A DNA stretch of 64,000 bases from a virus. Taxonomy: Duplodnaviria; Caudoviricetes. Made by a program: the position numbers and the translations under genes. How positions within the stretch are numbered: position 1 is the first letter of the stretch; each line of letters starts with the position of its first letter. Shown here piece by piece: positions 45,277 through 52,893 of the stretch. Location of the stretch: positions 1-64,000 of IMG/VR virus record IMGVR_UViG_3300014773_000009. The stretch is one strand, 5' to 3'. Below the pieces are notes generated by a model that searched no databases, was not told the origin of the DNA, and saw nothing but the letters and a program-made list of their open reading frames with translations.

Positions 45277-46323
45277 TCAGGCGACATCGGACATCAGGTC
45301 TTCGATCACGCGCCGGCCGATCGCCCGCGGGTCGATGCCGTGGTCGAGCGCACGGTGGACGGTCATGGGCTCCACGGTCCCGTCTCGAAGCACCACCTCG
45401 ATGATGGTCTGGATCTCCTGGATGCGCTCTGCGCGGGTGCCGAACAGCAGGTTGTCCAGCTTGTTGCCGCTGCGGGTCTCGCGCGGGCTTCCGTCGGCGT
45501 TGCGGTCCACCAGGTAGGTCGCCGCGTTCCAGACGGTGGCGAGTGTCGGACCCTCGAAGTTGATCGCCATCGTGGCGGCGACCTGCGCGTCGTGACGCGC
45601 GTTCTCCGCGCGGGTGACGGTGGCCTTGCTGGACCCCTCGGGAGCGACCGGGAAGAGCAGGTCGAAGGCGGCCTGGGCGGTGCGGCGCGAGAGCTTGGCA
45701 TCGCGGGCGCGGGCGTAGGTCTCGCGTACCTTCTGGCCGGTGGCGATCGCCTTGCCGATGCTCTCACCCAGGGCGGCGACCTTCTGCTCCAGGCTCGCGG
45801 TGTGGCGGATGCTGGCCATGCCACCGCCGTCCTTTCGAAAGGCTGCGGTCATCGTGTTCCAGCAGACCGTGCGGATCTCCGTGGTGCCGCACCGCAGCCC
45901 CAACGACCCGTCGAAGCTGTCGACGATGATCAAGTTGGTGCGCAGTCCGTTGGCCGCGCCTACCTCGAAGGTGGCCAGCGCCCGGGTCCCGTTCGCGAGC
46001 GCGAAGGCTCCCGTGGGGCGCCCGCCCGCCTCCACCGCAGCGCGGACCAGCTCGCGCCACTCGTCCGGGGTGGTCGCGCGGTAGCGACCGCCCACGATAC
46101 CGAGCACGGCGGTCTCGTGCTGCTGGTAGTCGGCCACGATGGCCCCGTTGCGCGCCTTCACGCCGTTGGCGGTGAAGAGCGGCTCGCGGCGGATCGCCGT
46201 CGGCCAGGCGCCGGTGCGGTCAGCGGCTGCGATCATGCCGTCCGCTCCGACCATCACGCCCACCTCTTCGAGACCGTGCCACGAGCTCTTGTCCAGGATT
46301 CCGCGGTGCCATTCGTGTGCCAT
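45277..46323 (-). CDS. DUF932/DUF945 family protein
   Basis: WHGL, LG.VG.RY, G.L.NG.R, SFDGS, RTVC.NT, IRHT, T...WNA.T...D. Confidence 0.88.
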   Translation of the reverse strand: MAHEWHRGILDKSSWHGLEEVGVMVGADGMIAAADRTGAWPTAIRREPLFTANGVKARNGAIVADYQQHETAVLGIVGGRYRATTPDEWRELVRAAVEAGGRPTGAFALANGTRALATFEVGAANGLRTNLIIVDSFDGSLGLRCGTTEIRTVCWNTMTAAFRKDGGGMASIRHTASLEQKVAALGESIGKAIATGQKVRETYARARDAKLSRRTAQAAFDLLFPVAPEGSSKATVTRAENARHDAQVAATMAINFEGPTLATVWNAATYLVDRNADGSPRETRSGNKLDNLLFGTRAERIQEIQTIIEVVLRDGTVEPMTVHRALDHGIDPRAIGRRVIEDLMSDVA

Positions 46324-46347
46324 GTTCCCTCGCTCTCTCTGGGTAAT

Positions 46348-46375
46348 AAGATGCGTCGCGCAACTAATTACGCAA
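46348..46375 (-). promoter_or_regulatory. Promoter with operator upstream of DUF932
   Basis: TTGCGT-N16-CATCTT; operator-like CGCGCAACTAATTACGCA at 46357-46374. Confidence 0.55.
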
Positions 46376-46406
46376 GGGGTTGACCCGAGAAAAGTCGGCT
46401 GGTCAC

Positions 46407-46595
46407 CTACTTTGTCCGCTTGGCTGCACGGTCGAGCAGCTGGCGAATCCATGCGGTCAGCGTCATCCCCGCGCGCTCGGCAGCCTCGCGCCACGCCTCG
46501 ATCTGGCCCGGCCTCTCCTCGCGCAAGATAACGCCTGCCTGGCTGTTCTTGCCGCTTGGGCCCGACGCCTTCTTTCGCTTCTGCTCCGTCGCCAC
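46407..46595 (-). CDS. Ribbon-helix-helix-like small regulator
   Basis: WREAAERAGMTLTAWIRQLLDRAA. Confidence 0.65.
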   Translation of the reverse strand: MATEQKRKKASGPSGKNSQAGVILREERPGQIEAWREAAERAGMTLTAWIRQLLDRAAKRTK

Positions 46596-46615
46596 GGCCA
46601 GGATGATAGCCGAGA

Positions 46616-47251
46616 TCACTCGAGCGGCTCCCAGGCTTGGGAAAACTCGCGCTCGGAGAAGAGCTCCGCAAGGCCAGTGATCTGCTTGAGCCGGAGCACC
46701 TCGTCGCCATCCATCCCGAGTTCCTTTCGGATCCTCTCGTCGCTCCAGTTGCGGCGCGAGAGTTCTTGCACGATGGCGCTCATCCCGCTGACGACGTGTC
46801 GCCCGCGGGCTCGGTTGTGGCGGATCGTGGACGCCATGCGGTCGCCGCGGTCGGCGCGGTCGGCGCTGACGGTGGTCACGGGAAGGTAGCCGAGCGTGCG
46901 CGAACGCACGGCCTCCGACTTGCGGCCAACTTCTCCGCGGTGGAAGCCATCGACTGTTTCTCGTCGGTCGGCATCCTGCCACGTCACCACCGGCTGGGTG
47001 TAGCCGTCGCTCTGAATCGAGTGCTCCAGCAACTGCATCTCAGGGCGCGCGGTCACGTTCGGGTTGTAGTCGTTGGCCTCCACCTGCTCAGCAGGAACCC
47101 AGAGAACAAGGTCCACCGGGTGCGATCGCAGCGGGCTCACGGCGTGCAGCGCACGTCGCGCGTCGTTGAGCGCATCGACCTGCGCCGAGACTGTGGGTAG
47201 CGCTGCGATCGCGGCAGCGAGCTCGCGAGCGATGTCGGACGGTGATCTCAC
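46616..47251 (-). CDS. IbrB/YbdM-like ParB-Srx domain protein
   Basis: HPVD.V.WV, ANDYNPN, SI..DGYTQP, VDGFHR, STIRHNRARG.H, ELGM..DEVLRLKQITG. Confidence 0.9.
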   Translation of the reverse strand: MRSPSDIARELAAAIAALPTVSAQVDALNDARRALHAVSPLRSHPVDLVLWVPAEQVEANDYNPNVTARPEMQLLEHSIQSDGYTQPVVTWQDADRRETVDGFHRGEVGRKSEAVRSRTLGYLPVTTVSADRADRGDRMASTIRHNRARGRHVVSGMSAIVQELSRRNWSDERIRKELGMDGDEVLRLKQITGLAELFSEREFSQAWEPLE

Positions 47252-47658
47252 GTGGCCTTCTCCAGCGTGATCCATGAGCCACGCTGCGACACGATCGACC
47301 AGCCTCGCTCTTCGTAGTGCTTCCATCGTCGCTTCGGCATGGTGGCTCGGAGTGGGCGTCGGTTCCCGCGCAGGTGCTTGTCTCGAGCCTTGGACAGTTT
47401 GGCGAAGATCCCTTTTCCGCGCATGTCGGGCGCCACGTACGCGTAGTCGTACCAGAGCGCACCGTCCTTTTCGCGGAGAGAGACGAAGCCCACCGCATCG
47501 TCGTGGTCGTCATCGAAGGCGACGAACCAAAGCATCCCGGGTGCGGAGTACATGGGTCCTGCCATCTCCTTCAGCACGGCTCGGCTGCAGAAGAACTGTC
47601 CGAGCACGATCCACATTCTGTCGGTGCCGTGCGGCAGCACCTCTACATGAGTCCCCAT
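47248..47658 (-). CDS. GNAT-family acetyltransferase
   Basis: YAYVAPDMRGKGIF acetyl-CoA motif A; HYEERGW. Confidence 0.8.
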   Translation of the reverse strand: MGTHVEVLPHGTDRMWIVLGQFFCSRAVLKEMAGPMYSAPGMLWFVAFDDDHDDAVGFVSLREKDGALWYDYAYVAPDMRGKGIFAKLSKARDKHLRGNRRPLRATMPKRRWKHYEERGWSIVSQRGSWITLEKAT

Positions 47659-48881
47659 CGCGACCTCCTGTCCGCCATCAGCTTGCGGTATCGCTCGTAG
47701 TGCTCAGGCTTGGTGGGCGAGAACGACAATCCCTTGCACCAGTAGTCGTTGCGCAGCAGCACCTTGCAGATGCGCCGCCAGCTGGCCACGTCTTCGCTGC
47801 CCGTGTCATTGGGCGCTTCGTCCGGGACCTGTATCGAAAGCTTCTCGCTGCAGTACCGAAGGTAGACAGCGATCTTGTCGCGGTAGTGCTCGGCTGTGGC
47901 CGCCGGCATCGTGTCGAGCAGGAAGCGCGCAAAACTCTCCCAAGTGTGGCCTTCCGGGAGCTCGACCTTGGCATTGCCCAAGATGTTGCCTCGCTCGCCC
48001 GCGTAGAGCGCGCCGCTGTTGGCACCGGCCACGCGCGCGCAAACCTTGCCCCACGTCTCCGGCTCGACAGCGTGGAAGAGCCACAGGCCTCGCCGCTGCT
48101 CGTCGCCGTACGGCTCGCAGATGCGCATGTGCGCGAGCGGGACGCCGGCCTGATGCATTCGATCGTAGAGGCGGTTATACGGCTTGCGCGTCCTGCCCAG
48201 GTAGGTCCAGATGTCAGCTGTGCGCCAGTCGTAGATGGGGTACGCGTTGAAGAGCGCCCCGCCCTTCCAAGCCGTCCACGGCTTGCCCTCCAAGCGCGAC
48301 TTGCGTCGCTTTGAGATCGCGCGCCACCGGTGCAAAGACTCGACGGTGCGGATACCCACGAGACACGCGGTGCTGGCTCCGCCGTCGCTGTACCACGCAC
48401 CGAACTTCTCGATGAAGTGCTCGAAGGTGATCTCGGGGTAGTGGAACGGGAACCGATTGGAATCGGTGATGGCTCGGTCTGGTGGTGGCCGCACCCACAA
48501 GTCACGTTTGCTCGGGTCCCAGCATGTCCACTCCGGCTCGATCATGCTCACGGCGTTGGTCGTCGTGAGTGGAAGCGCGACCCAGAACGGGTCGATGTGG
48601 CTCGCGTACAGGTCGAACATCTCGGTGACGTGATCGATCGTCAGGCGGAACTGGGCTTCCCAATCGAGGAACAGGACCCCGACTCGCCGGTCACGCTTGA
48701 CCGCTTCCTCCATCACGAGGTGCAGCATCACGCTCGAGTCTTTGCCGCCGCTGAACGAGACGTAGATGCGCTCGAAGCTGTCGAACGTCCACCGTATGCG
48801 CTCCTCCGCTGCTTCCAGCACGCTGACGCTGAGGTACTGCTTTGGGTAGGCAGCCGCTTTCTTTACTGAGCTGCTAGCCAC
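47643..48881 (-). CDS. IbrA/YbdN-like PAPS-reductase-family (PP-loop) protein, DUF3440
   Basis: SFSGGKDS, DWEAQ, GIR..ES..R, YPIYDW, MRICEPYGDEQRRGL, SWRRICK..L.ND.WC..LSF. Confidence 0.92.
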   Translation of the reverse strand: MASSSVKKAAAYPKQYLSVSVLEAAEERIRWTFDSFERIYVSFSGGKDSSVMLHLVMEEAVKRDRRVGVLFLDWEAQFRLTIDHVTEMFDLYASHIDPFWVALPLTTTNAVSMIEPEWTCWDPSKRDLWVRPPPDRAITDSNRFPFHYPEITFEHFIEKFGAWYSDGGASTACLVGIRTVESLHRWRAISKRRKSRLEGKPWTAWKGGALFNAYPIYDWRTADIWTYLGRTRKPYNRLYDRMHQAGVPLAHMRICEPYGDEQRRGLWLFHAVEPETWGKVCARVAGANSGALYAGERGNILGNAKVELPEGHTWESFARFLLDTMPAATAEHYRDKIAVYLRYCSEKLSIQVPDEAPNDTGSEDVASWRRICKVLLRNDYWCKGLSFSPTKPEHYERYRKLMADRRSRWGLM

Positions 48882-49477
48882 GTCGCTGCCTCCGACTGCG
48901 AGAGCGTGCACAGCGCCGGGCCGGCACCGATCAGGCGCCGCCGCTCGGACTCACCAACGATGTCTCGTACCTCGTACACGCGACCGTGGCGCAGCCGGTA
49001 ACACCGCTGGCCAGCCAAGACAACGAAGCCCAGGACGCGTGGCATGCCGAGCCCTGTGATCTCGGCGACCCACGGCCGGTCATCGGTGTCGTCCACACGG
49101 AGCACGGTTACTGGTCCGTCGTGACGCTCGGCCAACGCCAGCGCTTCAAGCGGCTCAAGCTTGATGTACTTTCCGAGCTCGACTCGAAGGAACTCGCGCG
49201 CCACGTGGCGCTTGGAAGAGCTGCCGCGCAATCGGCTCACCTCGTACAGGTTGCCCTCGCGCAGCGGGAAGGTAGCCACCACGCCGTAGAGGTTGCCGCT
49301 CCACGCCTTCTTGGCGTGCTCCCAGTCGTTCAGCTTCTGCACGAAGTGACGAGCCAGCCCGTACTTCGGATCGGTCCCGTCGATGCGCGCCACCCACGGT
49401 CTCGGCACATCGGAAGAGCCATGGAAGTGCCCGTCGACCTCGATGCTCAGCATCTTGATGCGGCCGGGCGATGCCAT
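48863..49477 (-). CDS. Hypothetical protein with internally duplicated domain
   Basis: PWVARIDG..LREGNLYEV repeated as PWVAEITG..LRHGRVYEV. Confidence 0.6.
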   Translation of the reverse strand: MASPGRIKMLSIEVDGHFHGSSDVPRPWVARIDGTDPKYGLARHFVQKLNDWEHAKKAWSGNLYGVVATFPLREGNLYEVSRLRGSSSKRHVAREFLRVELGKYIKLEPLEALALAERHDGPVTVLRVDDTDDRPWVAEITGLGMPRVLGFVVLAGQRCYRLRHGRVYEVRDIVGESERRRLIGAGPALCTLSQSEAATWLAAQ

Positions 49478-50103
49478 CAGTGCGGCGCTCCCGTCTCCCA
49501 GCATGACCCCTGACCACGGGTCACGCGCTCGCCGCACTCCTCGCACTCGTAGGAGCGACCGCTCGGGATGCCGTCGTCGTTGCCGTCCGCTCGAGCCTGC
49601 TTGGCCTCCTCGGCGAAGCGCTTCAGCTTGCCGATCGTGGTCGGGCGCCCGTAGGACTTGACGACCTGAACCTCATCGCGAGCCGCCCAGAACGACTTGG
49701 AGCCGTCCCGGAAGGAGATGAGCACCTTCTGGTGGTCGCGAGTCGAGACGGCTTCCACCGTGTCGTCCCAGCGCGTGCGACCACGCACGAGGCGGCCCAA
49801 GGCGTAGTAGGTGCGTCCCTGGTAGGTGACGCGCGCAGCGACGATGGCGCTCTCGCCGGGGGCAGCACGGTCGGCACCACGGTCGGAGTCGGGGGCCGGC
49901 GTCGTAGGCGGCGCGTCGTTGGCCGGTTGGCCGCAGGTGCCCTGGACGAGCTCGACCGCCGTCTCGAGCTTGCCTGTCCACCAGGCCTTGGCATCGCTGT
50001 CCCACTTGCAGCCAGCCGCGCGCAGGCGGTCCTTGATGGGGAAGGTGTTCCCGCGGATGTAGTGACGGCGCCCCTGGGTCTCGACGGTGATCGCGTTGTT
50101 CAT
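49477..50103 (-). CDS. Hypothetical early protein with C-terminal Zn ribbon
   Basis: GNTFPIKD.L.A.G.KWD...K.WW N-terminus; CEEC...CWETG..H. Confidence 0.65.
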   Translation of the reverse strand: MNNAITVETQGRRHYIRGNTFPIKDRLRAAGCKWDSDAKAWWTGKLETAVELVQGTCGQPANDAPPTTPAPDSDRGADRAAPGESAIVAARVTYQGRTYYALGRLVRGRTRWDDTVEAVSTRDHQKVLISFRDGSKSFWAARDEVQVVKSYGRPTTIGKLKRFAEEAKQARADGNDDGIPSGRSYECEECGERVTRGQGSCWETGAPH

Positions 50104-50111
50104 GGTCTACC

Positions 50112-50139
50112 AGTATGCGCGCAGATATCTGCGCGTCAA
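50112..50139 (-). promoter_or_regulatory. sigma70-type promoter with perfect 18-bp palindromic operator
   Basis: TTGACG-N16-CATACT; CGCGCAGATATCTGCGCG at 50118-50135. Confidence 0.7.
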
Positions 50140-50157
50140 GGTGCCGGGGTGCCGAAT

Positions 50158-51183
50158 TCAGAAAATCCCCCTGGGGATGGCTGGGAACAGGTCCTCCGTC
50201 TTGGTGGCCAGCGACCGGCCACGGCGCATGTAGCGCTGGGTGGTCATGATCTGCGCGTGGCCCACCCTCTCCATGATGTCGCCGATGGGGTCTCCACGCA
50301 TCGCCCACCACGTGATGCCGGTGGCACGCAAGTCGTGGAAGTTGATGGGCCGCCGCTGGTCGTCGTTGGCGAAGAGTTCGGCGCGGTCGCATCCGGCGCG
50401 CGCCAGGTCCCGCCGGAGCGTCACTGCGGCATCGCCTCGGCCCCATGTGACCACTTGCTCATGGGCCTTCTGCCGCCCACGGATTGCTCGCAGAAGCTCC
50501 AGCACGGTCGGCTCCACGATGAACCGTCGGTCGCATCCTGTCTTGGTGGGACCCACCGCTCCTGTTTCTGCGCTCGTTGACCGGTACACGTGGATCCGCC
50601 CGGAGCGCAGGTCGATGTCGCTCCAGGTCAGCGCAGCGAGTTCGCCAGCCCGTGGCGCAATGTAGACCGCGAGCGCGTACGCCCGACGCCGGGCTACCGG
50701 CAGTGCGCTGCATCGGAGCAGACGAACGACCTCGTCGGGGTAGAGGAACGTGGCGGCGCGGTCGTGCCCTTGGTCGGGACCGCGCACTCCAGAAGTGATG
50801 TCGTCGTCGCGCACCCGAAGCTCGCGACGTTTGGACCGGCTCAAGTCGCGCAGCATCGCGCGCATGAAGATCCATCGTCGGCGAGCTGTCCCCCACCGGA
50901 TGGCATCCTGAGCGACCAGGTCGTCTATGCTCTCGACCCACGACGCGACGTCGTCGCGGGTCATCGTGTGCACATCGAGCCGACCAAGCGCGGGAGATAC
51001 GAAGCGCTGGTACATGGTCCACTCGCGCTCACGCCCGAGCGAGCGACGGTGCTCAAACCAGCGGGTGACCCAGTCGTCCAGCAGCTCGGTCGCGCGACGT
51101 TGGTGTCCGCCGGTCATGCGCTCGAGCCGGTCGGCGATCGCCCGCAGCTGCGCGACGACGGCCAACAGCTCGGTCACGTCCAC
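50158..51183 (-). CDS. Tyrosine recombinase (second)
   Basis: R.GEL, TKT, FHDLR, GH....T.RY catalytic set. Confidence 0.88.
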   Translation of the reverse strand: MDVTELLAVVAQLRAIADRLERMTGGHQRRATELLDDWVTRWFEHRRSLGREREWTMYQRFVSPALGRLDVHTMTRDDVASWVESIDDLVAQDAIRWGTARRRWIFMRAMLRDLSRSKRRELRVRDDDITSGVRGPDQGHDRAATFLYPDEVVRLLRCSALPVARRRAYALAVYIAPRAGELAALTWSDIDLRSGRIHVYRSTSAETGAVGPTKTGCDRRFIVEPTVLELLRAIRGRQKAHEQVVTWGRGDAAVTLRRDLARAGCDRAELFANDDQRRPINFHDLRATGITWWAMRGDPIGDIMERVGHAQIMTTQRYMRRGRSLATKTEDLFPAIPRGIF

Positions 51184-51704
51184 TCCATCGGCTTCGTGTC
51201 GCCGCGCAGGTACAGCGGGTGGCGAGGCTGGCCACGCTGGGTCAGCCCGAGATGGTAGAGCCTGCGGCCGGAGCCTCGCAGCGTCTCGCGCACGAATGCG
51301 TCACGGTCGCGCAATGCTCCGTGCGAGCCCCACGCGCAGACGATGATGTCGGCGGTCGTCGACGCGCTCACGATACGCCCGATGTTCTGCGGGTCGCCCT
51401 CAGCCTGCGCGTCGCTGTACAGCGCGCGCGGGTCCGTCGAGCGCAGCGAGAACAGGTTTCGGATCTCGAGCGCGGTGCAGTGCCACGCCTTGGCGAACCC
51501 AATGCAGCGGCGGATCGTGGGGTCGTTGTTTTCGTGGTCCGCTGTCGAAGGGTTGAGCATCACGAAGAGCGCCGTCTTCGGCTCGGGCCTCGAAAACATG
51601 CCGTGGTCGATCACGCGCGAGAGCTCGTAGCGATGGCGCAGGTCTTGGCTGAAGACAGCGCCACCGAATCCGGCGAGGTACACGGGGAGCACGATGTCAC
51701 CCAC
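51174..51704 (-). CDS. DUF1643 family protein
   Basis: RY.L.R, FVMLNPSTAD...DPTIRRC, NLF..RSTDP, AWG, PRHPLY. Confidence 0.9.
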   Translation of the reverse strand: MGDIVLPVYLAGFGGAVFSQDLRHRYELSRVIDHGMFSRPEPKTALFVMLNPSTADHENNDPTIRRCIGFAKAWHCTALEIRNLFSLRSTDPRALYSDAQAEGDPQNIGRIVSASTTADIIVCAWGSHGALRDRDAFVRETLRGSGRRLYHLGLTQRGQPRHPLYLRGDTKPMEWT

Positions 51705-51903
51705 AGTCCGGCTCCTTCCGCGCGCACTCGCTGCACACCACGAACGCGCCGCATGCTGTGCCATCGTCGAGCGTCAGGTCGTGCTCGATCGAACACATGT
51801 CTCTGCACGGTTCGGCCTCGTGGCACTGTGGGCAGCGGTGTACGTGGTCGCCAATCGCGAGTGGTCGCGGCGACTGCATGTAGATCGTAAACGTCTCACC
51901 CAC
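51697..51903 (-). CDS. Small Cys-rich (Zn-finger) protein
   Basis: CPQC...C...C...CSEC; bounded by a 19-bp direct repeat. Confidence 0.55.
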   Translation of the reverse strand: MGETFTIYMQSPRPLAIGDHVHRCPQCHEAEPCRDMCSIEHDLTLDDGTACGAFVVCSECARKEPDCG

Positions 51904-51914
51904 AGTCCGGCTCC
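51697..51914. repeat. 19-bp direct repeat TCACCCACAGTCCGGCTCC (51697-51715 and 51896-51914)
   Basis: Exact match read from the sequence. Confidence 0.9.
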
Positions 51915-52102
51915 GCGTCGCTGCCGCTGGCTCGGTCGATGCCAGTCGCTGCTCGCGACAGCGAATCGACGTGAACACACGGAGCAGAACCGCCACACGG
52001 GAGGTGCCACGCTCGCTCGCGACCAAGCAGCGCGCCGCAGCCGGTGCAGACCCACGGCATTCGTGGTCGCCTCTTGTTGCCAGCGAATCGATTCGCCTTC
52101 AC
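51896..52102 (-). CDS. Small hypothetical protein
   Basis: GTGA coupling to the mom stop; contains CTGC. Confidence 0.45.
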   Translation of the reverse strand: MKANRFAGNKRRPRMPWVCTGCGALLGRERAWHLPCGGSAPCVHVDSLSRAATGIDRASGSDAEPDCG

Positions 52103-52893
52103 CCCTCACCTCCTGCCGCCAGCGCGAACTTTCTGTACGGCTCACCTGCCGGCATGTGTCGTCGTAGGCGTCGATCGAGTGCCCACGCGTACCGGAGGTT
52201 CCCCGGGTGTCGAGCGGTGCGCGTGAGCCGTGGCAGCCACGTCGCGACCCACTCTCTCCCGCGCGTCGGGTCGAGCAGCGGCTCCGCCCCGTGCGCCACC
52301 AGCATGCGCATCGAGTACCGCCAACCGCGATCACCAGACCGGATCTTCTGGATGGCGCGCGCGCTCAAGACGTGCCCGTCAGGCAGCAGGCGCACGGTGC
52401 GCGGGTTTGCCTGACCCAGGAACACGCCGTTGTGCGCCTGGTAGATGGTCCCGATGTGGCCTGCGAACACCAGCGATCCGGAGGCGCTCCTGCGCGGCAT
52501 CGGATCCGAGAAGCTCAGGACCATGTCTGCGTCGTGGCGGAGCAGGTCCCAGCACCGCGCCAGCGTCCACGTTTCGGCGTTGGCCGGAACACGATCCAGC
52601 AGCACGAACCGAGACAACTCGATGGGCGTGCCAGGCAGGCGCGCGGCTTGGACTGCGGCGGGAAACGGGTCCGAGAACACCGCGACGCCGACGAGCTCGC
52701 CACGGTCGAATAGGCCGAACCGGAAGCGAGCCGCTGGGTAGCTGGCCGCGTAGTGATGCCTCTCGACGAACGCCTTCACCGTCGCGTCTTGTTCGATGGG
52801 TGCCACGTCGAGCGTGGCGGTGGAGACGACCTCGCCCGCCGGTCGGTAGTGATCGCGCCGATCGCGCCAGCGCTGGCACACGGCGGTCAGCAT
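52099..52893 (-). CDS. Mom-family adenine-modifying (methylcarbamoyl) GNAT enzyme
   Basis: FV..HHY..S.P, GL.....LVGVAVF, ELSRFVLLD.VP.NAE.W, SFSDP, GH.GTIYQA.N. Confidence 0.85.
   Translation of the reverse strand: MLTAVCQRWRDRRDHYRPAGEVVSTATLDVAPIEQDATVKAFVERHHYAASYPAARFRFGLFDRGELVGVAVFSDPFPAAVQAARLPGTPIELSRFVLLDRVPANAETWTLARCWDLLRHDADMVLSFSDPMPRRSASGSLVFAGHIGTIYQAHNGVFLGQANPRTVRLLPDGHVLSARAIQKIRSGDRGWRYSMRMLVAHGAEPLLDPTRGREWVATWLPRLTRTARHPGNLRYAWALDRRLRRHMPAGEPYRKFALAAGGEG

Noticed and set aside
47643-48881. Complete Dnd/Ssp phosphorothioation system
   Set aside because: Only the PAPS-reductase fold is shared; no dndABDE or sspABCE partners are present and the motifs match IbrA.
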